A stretch of DNA of 32,000 nucleotides, taken from positions 1,170,001 to 1,202,000 of the forward strand of contig NZ_CP074694.1 in the NCBI RefSeq assembly GCF_018398935.1. The letters are read 5' to 3'. The stretch's first letter is position 1, and each line of letters starts with the position of its first letter. The DNA is from Telmatocola sphagniphila. Lineage in GTDB: Bacteria > Planctomycetota > Planctomycetia > Gemmatales > Gemmataceae. The position numbers and the translations under genes were made by a program. Shown piece after piece: positions 16,164 through 24,623 of the stretch. The notes beneath the pieces were generated by a model. That model did no database searches, had not been told where the DNA came from, and saw only the letters and a list, made by a program, of their open reading frames with translations.

Positions 16164-17345
16164 ATGCAGTGGTTTGAAATGGAAGATCGGTGGCTGGCAC
16201 CCTATGCCATGCGCGGCCAAGCCAGTCGCGGACGCGTTTACCCGGAATCTCCCCATCCCTTTCGCACTATTTTTCAGCGTGATCGCGAGCGAATTATCCA
16301 TTGCACGGCATTTCGACGTCTGATGGGTAAGACGCAGGTTTTAGTAGGGAAAATTAACGATCATCATCGCACTCGCTTGACGCATACTCTGGAGGTGGTC
16401 CAGATAAGCCGTACAATCGCCCGGCGGTTGAGACTCAACGAAGACTTGACGGAAGCTATTGCGCTATCGCACGATCTGGGTCATCCCCCCTTCGGGCATG
16501 CGGGGGAAACCGCGCTCGCCGATCTGATGAAGGAACATGGTGGATTTGAGCATAATCTGTTCGGTTTAAGACGAGTCGACTGGTTGGAGGATCGATACCC
16601 GGAATTTCCGGGCTTGAATCTCTCCTGGGAGCTAAGGGAAGCCTTCGTTCAGCATTGTAAAAATCAAAAATCACCGGAATGCCAGCCATTTTTGCAGGCG
16701 GGAGGGCCTTTGCTCGAACAGCAATTGGCCGACACGGTCGATAGCCTGGCTTACGACACGCACGACATCGATGACGCGTTGGGTACGGATTTAATCGATT
16801 TCGATGAGATACGCAACGTTCCGATCTGGCGGCGCGGGGAAAAAATCGTCTCCGACCTATATACGAATCTCAACAAGGAGGATTTCCGGAAGGCCGTGAT
16901 TCGTGAATTGATTGCCTGGCAGGTTAACGATTTAATTGCAGAAACTGAATTGCGATTGCAACGATTTCAGGTAAAAGTGCTCGAGGACGTGCGAAAGTGT
17001 GCTGAGCCTTTGGTTCAGTTTTCACCGGAAGTTGCGGCGTTAAAAATCGAGTTGGAAGGATTTTTGCGAGATAGAGTTTACAGGCATCCGCGTGTGATGC
17101 GAATGGCAGTGAAAGGGAAGCGAATATTGGAAGAGTTGTTCCGGGAATTCGTCCGGGTGCCAGATCTTCTCCCGACGAATCATTTGCAACGCTGGTCGGG
17201 CGCTCCGGAGCGGGTAACTCACCAACGTCCGCAGAAATTAATAGTGGAAAGCCTTGAAAGGGTGATTTGCGATTATTTGGCCGGCATGACTGATCGCTTT
17301 GCCAAGTTGGAATATTCGAGGCTATTCCAGGCAGACACCGATTGA
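16164..17345 (+). CDS. dgt: dGTPase-like dNTP triphosphohydrolase (HD domain)
   Basis: 393 aa. RDRERIIHCTAFRRL, HHRTRLTHTLEV, SHDLGHPPFGH and YDTHDIDD are the canonical Dgt-family HD motifs. It starts 13 nt after the HIT gene. Confidence 0.9.
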   Translation: MQWFEMEDRWLAPYAMRGQASRGRVYPESPHPFRTIFQRDRERIIHCTAFRRLMGKTQVLVGKINDHHRTRLTHTLEVVQISRTIARRLRLNEDLTEAIALSHDLGHPPFGHAGETALADLMKEHGGFEHNLFGLRRVDWLEDRYPEFPGLNLSWELREAFVQHCKNQKSPECQPFLQAGGPLLEQQLADTVDSLAYDTHDIDDALGTDLIDFDEIRNVPIWRRGEKIVSDLYTNLNKEDFRKAVIRELIAWQVNDLIAETELRLQRFQVKVLEDVRKCAEPLVQFSPEVAALKIELEGFLRDRVYRHPRVMRMAVKGKRILEELFREFVRVPDLLPTNHLQRWSGAPERVTHQRPQKLIVESLERVICDYLAGMTDRFAKLEYSRLFQADTD

Positions 17346-17416
17346 TAGAATCTCATAATTCATAAATCCGCCGACTCGCAATCGCGGACCCCACATGACT
17401 CGGCCGGAGTTTTTAT

Positions 17417-18523
17417 ATGCTGTTGAGGTTACTGCGCGCCTGCTATGTCGTGCTGTTGCTCGGAATGTCCTTCTGGGCATTCAGTTATTTTTACTATGCC
17501 GAACATCCTAATCTGCTAAACGCGACTCTCGCGGTCGCAATTATAATCGGGCTGGGGGGCACGGTTTTTGCGTCGGATCTCATCGAAAAAGAGAAACAGA
17601 TTACAACTATTTCCGCAGTGGCGTTTGGATTGCTGATGGGGCTGCTGCTGGGCTATCTTTTCGGACTGGCACTCGATCCGCTACTCAGTTCGTGGTTCCC
17701 ACAAAGAGCGGAAAGCTTAATCTCGATTCAGCAGATAGCCCGGATGGTGGTGACTATCATCTGCTGCTACATCTCGATATCCACGTTGCTTCAGACGAAA
17801 GATGAGTTTCGATTCATCATTCCCTATGTGGAGTTTTCCAAGCAGGTCAAGGGAGGCCGCCCTTTCGTACTGGATACCAGCGTCGTTATTGACGGAAGAA
17901 TCGCCGATATCTGCGAGACCCGCATTATCGATTCCAAGCTCATATTGCCGCGCTTCGTACTCCAGGAACTTCAGGCCATCGCAGACAGTTCGGACAAGAT
18001 GAAGCGAAACCGCGGGCGCCGAGGCCTCGATATCCTGAAAAAACTACAGAATAACCCTAAGCTCGAAGTCGAGATGAACGATGGAGATATACCGGGGGAG
18101 CCGGATCAGGGCGAAAAAATTCGCGTCGACGAACGGCTCGTTCTCTTCGCCAAATCGATCAACGGTCGAGTCGTGACGAACGATTTTAACCTGAACAAGA
18201 TTGCACAGATTCAGGGTGTCGACGTCATCAACCTCAACGAAGTCGCCAACGCCCTGAAGTCCGTGGCGTTACCTGGCGAGGCTTTACAGGTTCGGATCGT
18301 GAAGGCGGGCGATCAGATCGGGCAAGGGGTGGGGTATCTGGATGATGGCACGATGGTGGTCGTCGAACAGGGACGCAATGCCATCGGTCAGGAAGTGATG
18401 ATTACCGTCACCAGCGCGCTGCAGACTCCCGCGGGACGAATGATCTTCGGAAAGATCGAACGCCCCTCAGGAAATCCTTCCAGCCTGAATATCGACATCG
18501 GGAAAATGACAGAGTTGAAGTAA
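17417..18523 (+). CDS. Membrane-anchored PIN/TRAM domain protein (YacL-like)
   Basis: 368 aa. About 4 N-terminal hydrophobic segments, a PIN core (FVLDTSVVIDGRI...VTNDFNLNKIA) and a C-terminal TRAM-like beta domain (LQVRIVKAGDQIGQGVGYLDDGTMVVV). Confidence 0.85.
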   Translation: MLLRLLRACYVVLLLGMSFWAFSYFYYAEHPNLLNATLAVAIIIGLGGTVFASDLIEKEKQITTISAVAFGLLMGLLLGYLFGLALDPLLSSWFPQRAESLISIQQIARMVVTIICCYISISTLLQTKDEFRFIIPYVEFSKQVKGGRPFVLDTSVVIDGRIADICETRIIDSKLILPRFVLQELQAIADSSDKMKRNRGRRGLDILKKLQNNPKLEVEMNDGDIPGEPDQGEKIRVDERLVLFAKSINGRVVTNDFNLNKIAQIQGVDVINLNEVANALKSVALPGEALQVRIVKAGDQIGQGVGYLDDGTMVVVEQGRNAIGQEVMITVTSALQTPAGRMIFGKIERPSGNPSSLNIDIGKMTELK

Positions 18524-18537
18524 GAGGATGGGAAAAC

Positions 18538-18559
18538 CTCCCGTCCTCGGGGACGGGAG
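18538..18559 (+). promoter_or_regulatory. GC-rich hairpin that includes the Shine-Dalgarno of the following TPR gene
   Basis: ctcccgtcc (18538-18546), loop tcgg, ggacgggag (18551-18559). This is a perfect 9-bp stem. The 3' arm contains GGGAG, 6 nt before the GTG at 18566. No U-tract follows. Confidence 0.45.
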
Positions 18560-18565
18560 TGGTTC

Positions 18566-19315
18566 GTGAAAATCTCTAATCGAAAAGTTTGGGTATTTAT
18601 ACCGGTTCTGGTTATGGTAGCCGGTACGGTACTGGCCCAGAACCCCAATAAACCAGCCAAGGCCGAAGAGAAAAAGGGTCCGGTCAATTCTGATATCGCG
18701 ATCTGGGAGAAGCTCAAAGAATCCCGAAAACAATATCAGCGTTCGCTGCTCGAACTCCGCGATTACTATAACGCCATATCGGATTTCGAGCGGGCGAAAT
18801 GGGCAGAAGACGAGTTACTCCAACTGCATCGCATCACCAAGTTCGCCTATCGCCTCGATCTAGATGTCCCGGTTCCCACTCTCCAACCTAAATTGAACCA
18901 ACGCGGGGCGAACGAACTTTTCCGCGATGCCATGGGGTATAAGGACAAAGGGTTCGGGAACGATTACATCGATAATCAGCGACGGGCGGAAATCCTCTTC
19001 CAGCAACTTCTGGAACGTTATCCCGAAAGCGACAAGATTGCGGACGCGGCCTACCAACTGGGGGATATTTACGAGAAATATCGCCCGACAGCGCAACCTC
19101 GCCGGGCAGCCATGTATTTCGAAAGATGTTTCCAGTGGAATAAGACCACTAATCTGGATGCTCGACTACGGGCCGCGCATCTCTACGATAAAGTGTTGAA
19201 TGATCGAACCAAGGCAGCGGAACTCTACCGGGAAGTGGCCAATCACGATACCGATCCTGCCCACGTCAAAGAAGCGGAACGGCGACTGGCGGATTTCGCC
19301 GGTAAGAGAAATTAG
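18566..19315 (+). CDS. Secreted TPR-like (YbgF/BamD-like) repeat protein
   Basis: GTG start. Signal peptide VKISNRKVWVFIPVLVMVAGTVLAQ. Helical repeats resemble TPR units (AEILFQQLLERYPESDKIADAAYQLGDIYEKY...). The family call is tentative. Confidence 0.6.
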   Translation: MKISNRKVWVFIPVLVMVAGTVLAQNPNKPAKAEEKKGPVNSDIAIWEKLKESRKQYQRSLLELRDYYNAISDFERAKWAEDELLQLHRITKFAYRLDLDVPVPTLQPKLNQRGANELFRDAMGYKDKGFGNDYIDNQRRAEILFQQLLERYPESDKIADAAYQLGDIYEKYRPTAQPRRAAMYFERCFQWNKTTNLDARLRAAHLYDKVLNDRTKAAELYREVANHDTDPAHVKEAERRLADFAGKRN

Positions 19316-20055
19316 CGGTAAAGATCGTCGTCTTCGAACGGACGTAAAGGCCGGACTTTGTCCGGCTTTTTGTTTTTGAGAATCAAATCGACCAATCCCA
19401 AATCCTCACTAGAGGTAATTTTGATGTTGGTCTTTAAGCCGGGTACCAATTTCACTTTCTGTCCCAGGCATTCCACCAGTTGCGCATCGTCGGTAATTGG
19501 TTCCTTGATCGATCCGCGCTTTTCGAAGGCTTCGACCAGGATTTTCTTTTGAAATACCTGAGGAGTCTGCGCTTGCCAGAGGCCTTTTCGGGAAACTGTT
19601 TTATCTACGAAATTGCCGTGTGCCGATTCTTTTAGTGTATCGGCAACTTCAATGGCGGGGATCGCCGCTCCATGCACGGCCGCCGCTTTGAAAACGGTGT
19701 CGATGAACGAGGAAGTCAGACAGGGCCGTACCGCATCGTGAATTGCGACCAATTCGATCTCGGGTTTTAAAATTTCGAGGGCATTTTCGACGGACTCGAA
19801 TCGTTCCTTACCGCCCGTAACTATCTGAATGTCGAAGAACATGATGTTCGCGCCAAACTTGCGTTTGAACATCTCCAGATCTTCTTCGGATATCACGATG
19901 ATCAACTGTTTGATCTCGTCGCGATTCACGAACTGTTCCACGGTGCGTAACCAGACTGCGCGATTATCGATCAACGCAAAAGGTTTTTTTTCTTTACCGC
20001 CGAATCTTTGGGACTTACCCGCGGCGGGGAATATGACAGCGGTGGATGGTAACAT
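19312..20055 (-). CDS. ispD: 2-C-methyl-D-erythritol 4-phosphate cytidylyltransferase
   Basis: 247 aa. AVIFPAAGKSQRFGG, VTGGKERFESV and AIHDAVRPC are IspD signatures. GGAG 8 nt upstream. The stop overlaps the convergent TPR-gene stop (TTAG). Confidence 0.92.
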   Translation of the reverse strand: MLPSTAVIFPAAGKSQRFGGKEKKPFALIDNRAVWLRTVEQFVNRDEIKQLIIVISEEDLEMFKRKFGANIMFFDIQIVTGGKERFESVENALEILKPEIELVAIHDAVRPCLTSSFIDTVFKAAAVHGAAIPAIEVADTLKESAHGNFVDKTVSRKGLWQAQTPQVFQKKILVEAFEKRGSIKEPITDDAQLVECLGQKVKLVPGLKTNIKITSSEDLGLVDLILKNKKPDKVRPLRPFEDDDLYR

Positions 20056-20087
20056 CTGCGATCTCCAGGCTCGAAAGGACTCATGGA

Positions 20088-20408
20088 TTAGGTATACGAG
20101 CCGAGTTCGATGCTGGGGACCGTATGAAGTTTCTGATTGAGTTCCGAGCAGGATTGCACGAGTTTGCGAAGCTGTTCATCTTCCGCGATCAACGTCTGTT
20201 CCGCCCGCTGCACCTGCCGGGTCAGTTCCTGAAGTCGGTTCTGCCAAAGCAAGAGCCGAGTGCTTAGGGCGTCGAACACCTGGGAACTTGAAAAAGTGCT
20301 GGGCGAAGAACTCTCTTCGCCGGCGCCGGCTTTAGCTGCCTCGGCAATTCGCAAATGGAGCACCTGTTCGATACGGGCGAGCTGTTCGATATCTTCCGCG
20401 GATGGCAT
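20088..20408 (-). CDS. Small coiled-coil hypothetical protein, co-directional and 32 nt upstream of ispD
   Basis: 106 aa with an ATG start and GAGAGGA 5-7 nt upstream. Heptad-like, Gln/Leu/Glu-rich C-terminal half (LLLWQNRLQELTRQVQRAEQTLIAEDEQLRKLVQSCSELNQKL). No hydrophobic TM segment. Confidence 0.5.
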   Translation of the reverse strand: MPSAEDIEQLARIEQVLHLRIAEAAKAGAGEESSSPSTFSSSQVFDALSTRLLLWQNRLQELTRQVQRAEQTLIAEDEQLRKLVQSCSELNQKLHTVPSIELGSYT

Positions 20409-20688
20409 GGCTTTCCTCTCGTGCGGAATCTGATACCTGAGTGAAGGAAAAATGTCACCGCCAATTTGGATGAGAAGCTAGGGTATCTTCAGTCGCCGAA
20501 ATTTTGCGTCTTACCTAGAGTTTGCAAGGTAAGCCCCGTTCCCAACGGAAAATTTTTACAAAGTGCTCCAAAGCCGAACATTTTGCAATTTGTTCTCTTG
20601 CTGAGGGGCTTAAAGCCGGTTATTTCCCGTTCGTTGAACGATACCCGCCGGGGGGCGGCTCGTCGTCGATAAGTCGGGGGGGAAAATT

Positions 20689-21444
20689 GTGTATATTGCT
20701 TGTTCTTCTCTCTGTTTCAGCAAGAAACCCTTCAATCAGGCACTGCGATCGATAAACGACTTGCACTTTCAAAAAGTCGATCTGGCGATTCACGAATCGG
20801 GTCCTCATTTGAAGCCCAGTGAAGTGCACGCGGACATGAATAAAGTGGCGGCTCGTTTACGGGCCAGCAACATGTCCTTCGCCGCATTTCACGTCGATAT
20901 CGAGGAAATGGACCCCACTAAATACGGGGAAATATTTCGTTCGGTTTGTCGACTGGCCAGAATGCTGGCCGTACCGGTCGTGAATATTCAGACGGCTCCG
21001 CTCGGTGCGGATATCGAAAGTGAAGCCAAACGATTGCGGGTACTGGTCCGTTATGCCGAGGCCGAAGGGGTGATTCTAACAATCGAAACGGCTGCTGACC
21101 GTTTAACTGCCGATCCTAAAGTCGCCATGGAACTTTGTACTAAAGTTCCCGGTCTAGGTTTGACTTTAGATCCTAGTCCTTATCACAGCGGACCGTTCCG
21201 CACCGATAATTTCGACGAACTTTATGCCTACGTCCGACACGTTCGTCTCCGCGACACGAGTAAGGATAAGTATCAGGTCATGATCGGGCAGGGCGAAGTG
21301 GAGTACGGCAGGATCATCAACCAATTAACTCGAAGTCGATACGACCGGGCTCTATCAGTCGATGTCCGGGATACAGTTGATGGGGATTTTCCTACGGAAC
21401 CCGAGGTTCGAAAGCTAAAATACCTCTTGGAGAGTATGGTCTAG
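20689..21444 (+). CDS. Sugar phosphate isomerase/epimerase (xylose-isomerase-like TIM barrel), cytoplasmic
   Basis: 251 aa with a GTG start. IACSSLCF..., VDLAIHE, ILTIETAADRL and LTLDPSPY are typical of this family. No signal peptide. Confidence 0.72.
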   Translation: MYIACSSLCFSKKPFNQALRSINDLHFQKVDLAIHESGPHLKPSEVHADMNKVAARLRASNMSFAAFHVDIEEMDPTKYGEIFRSVCRLARMLAVPVVNIQTAPLGADIESEAKRLRVLVRYAEAEGVILTIETAADRLTADPKVAMELCTKVPGLGLTLDPSPYHSGPFRTDNFDELYAYVRHVRLRDTSKDKYQVMIGQGEVEYGRIINQLTRSRYDRALSVDVRDTVDGDFPTEPEVRKLKYLLESMV

Positions 21445-21468
21445 TTTTTGCTAAACTAAAAGTCGTCG

Positions 21469-21510
21469 AATCCGTCTATTTCATCGAATAGACGGATTTT
21501 TTTCTTCTTG
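21469..21510 (+). terminator. Rho-independent terminator after the TIM-barrel gene
   Basis: Perfect 12-bp stem aatccgtctatt / aatagacggatt (21469-21480 / 21487-21498) with a 6-nt loop. It runs into a T7 tract (21497-21503). Confidence 0.85.
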
Positions 21511-21677
21511 AGCCTAGAACGTTCGTCTGAATTTCGATTCTGCAAATTCTCTCACTTCTTGCACCGTTTTTGGTCTCTCGAATTCCTTTTAGGGACGATT
21601 CACTTTCGTGGTTGTACTGATCGCATGTCCGACCTAAAACAAATATAGTTGTACATCTGGTTAAAGAGGAACCTCCA

Positions 21678-22295
21678 ATGGCTTTTACACTCCCTGCTCT
21701 GGCTTATGCGTTCAATGCGCTTGAGCCCTATATTGATGCGATGACCATGGAAATTCACCATGATCGTCACCACAAGGCTTACGTGGACAATCTCAACAAA
21801 GCGCTGGATGGTCATGCAGATCTGCAGGCCCAACCCATCGAGAAATTGCTTCGCGAAATCAAATCGGTCCCGGAGAACATCCGACAGACCGTGATCAACA
21901 ATGGTGGCGGTCACCACAATCACGCTTTATTTTGGACGATCATGGCTCCAGGCGCGGGCGGAAAACCGACAGGACCTCTGGCGGATGAAATCACCAAGAC
22001 TTTCGGGGATTTCACCGCATTCCAAGCCAAAATGAAAGAAAACGCTTTAGGACAATTTGGCAGCGGATGGTCTTGGCTGGTTTACGGTGATGGCAAATTG
22101 CAAGCGATCAAGAAAGCCAATCAGGACAGTCCCCTGATGGACGGCCTGGTACCGCTGGTCGGTGTGGACGTTTGGGAACATGCTTATTATCTGAAATACC
22201 AGAACAAGCGTGCCGACTATGTGGATGCCTGGTGGAATACGGTAAACTGGGCAAAAGTGTCGGAACTGTTCGCGGCAGCCAAAGCCGGAAAGTAG
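21678..22295 (+). CDS. sodA: Superoxide dismutase, Mn-type by sequence signatures
   Basis: 205 aa. [30 protein letters not shown] and DVWEHAYYL are the Fe/Mn-SOD motifs. [11 protein letters not shown] and ANQDSPL (Gln from the C-terminal domain) favour the Mn type. AAGAGGA SD. Confidence 0.9.
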   Translation: MAFTLPALAYAFNALEPYIDAMTMEIHHDRHHKAYVDNLNKALDGHADLQAQPIEKLLREIKSVPENIRQTVINNGGGHHNHALFWTIMAPGAGGKPTGPLADEITKTFGDFTAFQAKMKENALGQFGSGWSWLVYGDGKLQAIKKANQDSPLMDGLVPLVGVDVWEHAYYLKYQNKRADYVDAWWNTVNWAKVSELFAAAKAGK

Positions 22296-22359
22296 TTTAA
22301 CTCGACTTGACCCTACGGGCTGTATGGATTATCTCCCGAGTCTTACCGGGAGGTCTTCC

Positions 22360-22662
22360 ATGCGGCCCGTATCATTTACGGTCGGTCTTTTATTGTTATC
22401 CGTAGGTTGCACTACGACCAAGCCAACGCGTGATCCGATGGATCTGCGTCCGCCAAAGGTCGAGGAATTTCAGTTACCGCCGGCCACGGATCAGCCTTTA
22501 GAACCTCCGGCCTACCCGGAAGAGAAAAAGACTATTCAAGATCCGCGTAAGAATAATATGCCGGACAGCATGAAGAATGCAGGCGGATCCCCAGGCGGTA
22601 TGCGTGGCGCAGGAGGCGGCGCGGGCATGGGTTCGGGTGGTGGACCTGGCGGGCCCCAATGA
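22360..22662 (+). CDS. Small lipoprotein with a Pro-rich middle and a Gly-rich C-terminal tail
   Basis: ATG 22360 preceded by GGGAGG (22346-22351). MRPVSFTVGLLLLSVGC|TTT lipobox. The tail reads GGSPGGMRGAGGGAGMGSGGGPGGPQ. Confidence 0.55.
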   Translation: MRPVSFTVGLLLLSVGCTTTKPTRDPMDLRPPKVEEFQLPPATDQPLEPPAYPEEKKTIQDPRKNNMPDSMKNAGGSPGGMRGAGGGAGMGSGGGPGGPQ

Positions 22663-22699
22663 TGAGATGGGTAGAGTAGAGAGTCTGTAGCGTTTGGGT

Positions 22700-22737
22700 G
22701 GGCAGTGATGCAAAATTCACTGCCCGTTTGGCTTTCG
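22700..22737 (+). terminator. Probable intrinsic terminator
   Basis: Stem gggcagtga / tcactgccc (22700-22708 / 22717-22725), perfect 9 bp with an 8-nt loop. It is followed by the T-rich gtttggctttcg. Confidence 0.55.
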
Positions 22738-22807
22738 AGATTATCCCTCGATGCTTTCTATCCGATCATTTCCCTAGAGGAGTCTTGGCTCCCGACGGAG
22801 AGATCGG

Positions 22808-23650
22808 ATGCGACTGCAACATTGGATTCTGCCCCTTTTCCTCATCAGCTTCACGCCAGGCTTCGTTGAAGCCGGTCCCATCTTGGATTGGTTTACGCGT
22901 AAGCCGAAAGTTGATCCGGTTGTCCGTGTTCCTGCCCTGATCACCATTCTCAAAACCGATAAAGAAGAGCGGAATCGAACCTCGGCGGCGGAAGAGCTGG
23001 CCAGTTTCGATCCTAAAATTTTCTCGGACATATATCCGACACTCATCCAGATTTTGCGGAACGATCCTGCGACGGGAACCCGGGTCGCCGCCGCTAATAG
23101 CCTCGGTAAGCTTCGTCCGATATCCGGTGATGTCGGATATGCCCTCGATCAGGCTGCCTCGAATGATTCTGCAATTCGAGTGAGATTGGCTGCAAATTCG
23201 GCTCTACTCTCCTACAAATTGCTCGGTTATACACCCGGCCGAAACAACGATCCTAAATTTGATCAGAGTGAAGAGCCGCCGCTCGCCGCTCCCTACGAAC
23301 GGTTGCTGAAGACGAATCCGGCCAAGCAAATCGGTCAGAGCCCCGCGCTTAATGGGGCGCCGTTAAAAGAATCGCCCAAGCCAGCGACGCCGGTTAAAAA
23401 CGAAAATAAGCGTGAAAGCCTTTTCTCGTTACCCAGTTGGCTGGGTGGCAAGGATAAAGAGAAGGAAGCTGTGAAGCCGACGATTCCTGTGGTGCCGAGT
23501 AATAGCACGGCAGTATCCCCAGTACAGGAGCCGGTTCTGCCGCCAATCATTCTCGAGCCTAATAAGATCGATTCGATCAAAGTTGAACCGCTCAAGGGCG
23601 AACCCTTACCGGCCTCTCAAGGACCTTCTCTCGGTCCGCCTCGAGAGTAG
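22808..23650 (+). CDS. Secreted HEAT-repeat protein with a Pro-rich C-terminal region
   Basis: Signal peptide MRLQHWILPLFLISFTPGFVEA. HEAT/PBS-lyase-like repeats (RTSAAEELASFDP, TRVAAANSLGKLRP, IRVRLAANSALLSY). Pro/Lys/Glu-rich tail. Confidence 0.65.
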   Translation: MRLQHWILPLFLISFTPGFVEAGPILDWFTRKPKVDPVVRVPALITILKTDKEERNRTSAAEELASFDPKIFSDIYPTLIQILRNDPATGTRVAAANSLGKLRPISGDVGYALDQAASNDSAIRVRLAANSALLSYKLLGYTPGRNNDPKFDQSEEPPLAAPYERLLKTNPAKQIGQSPALNGAPLKESPKPATPVKNENKRESLFSLPSWLGGKDKEKEAVKPTIPVVPSNSTAVSPVQEPVLPPIILEPNKIDSIKVEPLKGEPLPASQGPSLGPPRE

Positions 23651-23794
23651 TACTCGAAACATTTAAAAAGCTGAAATTCGCTTGCCAGGGAACCACTCCC
23701 TGGTAGAAACGTACGAAAATCACTCTAGTTGGCCCTTTCAAACTACTTTCTCTAAATTGTTCATACTTGTCTGAAAATACCTATCAAGACTTGT

Positions 23795-24289
23795 ATGAAA
23801 CGCTTTCGATGGAAGTGGCTGATCCCGATTGGCATTCTTCTTGGTCTGTTCGTAGTCGACTCTTTCGGCAGCGAGCGGGACGTGTTAGCCGATTTGGAAA
23901 TCGAATTTGTGGTGCGGGATTCGTACGCGAATTTGCCTGTTCCAAATGCCAAAATCGAGATCGTTGCCGCTCCCGGCTGTTGTGGTGAGCCGGTCGAGGA
24001 CGGGCCTAAAAAACTCGAAGTCCAGACATCTGAGGACGGTCGACTGAGTTTGCATTGCAGTACAAAAGTTTATATTTTCCGAAGTGGGCTGGGTATTCGG
24101 AAATCGTATTTCGTTACTTTGCCGGACTGGAAGTATGATTTGACCGCTGTCGGCTACCAGAGCAATACCTTAAACCAGACCGATACGCCCCAAAACCAAT
24201 TTCTGGTAAAACAAATCGACGAAACTCACTGTCGGATGATCATTTATCTCAGTCTGCGGAAAAAGCCCGCTGCGGAGACTCTGTTTTAG
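23795..24289 (+). CDS. Hypothetical N-terminally anchored protein (possible CarboxypepD_reg-like fold)
   Basis: 164 aa. MKRFRWKWLIPIGILLGLFVV anchor or signal, then beta-rich sequence (IEFVVRDSYANLPVPNAKIEIVA). I recognise no family with confidence. Confidence 0.5.
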   Translation: MKRFRWKWLIPIGILLGLFVVDSFGSERDVLADLEIEFVVRDSYANLPVPNAKIEIVAAPGCCGEPVEDGPKKLEVQTSEDGRLSLHCSTKVYIFRSGLGIRKSYFVTLPDWKYDLTAVGYQSNTLNQTDTPQNQFLVKQIDETHCRMIIYLSLRKKPAAETLF

Positions 24290-24623
24290 AAGGTTGTTGG
24301 TGTGAGCCGGAAAGGATGTTCTCGCTTCACGAACCATTTTTGCTCGAGATCGTCCAAAAAATCTGCAATAGGCTTCGAGATAAAGTGCCGGATGTCTGGC
24401 GTAAATTTCGCCAGTGGGGGCAGTTGCTCTCTAATATCAAGTAAATTTCATGTGTGGATAGCGATTTCGCAAACATTTTCTACCAATTATTGCGGCCAAT
24501 AGCGATCTCTGGATTCTTCCTTATTCTCAAAAATCAACGGTATGCAAATTGCGTTAGATTGTTTAGACTTCCCACTATCAGTTATGGACCTGCCGTGAAA
24601 TCCTCTACCTCGCAAACATTATC

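Noticed and set aside
21611-21654. A direct repeat GTTGTAC...GTTGTAC (21611-21617 and 21648-21654) upstream of sodA, considered as a possible Fur/PerR-type operator
   Set aside because: It is only 7 bp, direct rather than dyad, and bears no resemblance to the Fur or PerR boxes as I recall them. It is easily explained by chance.
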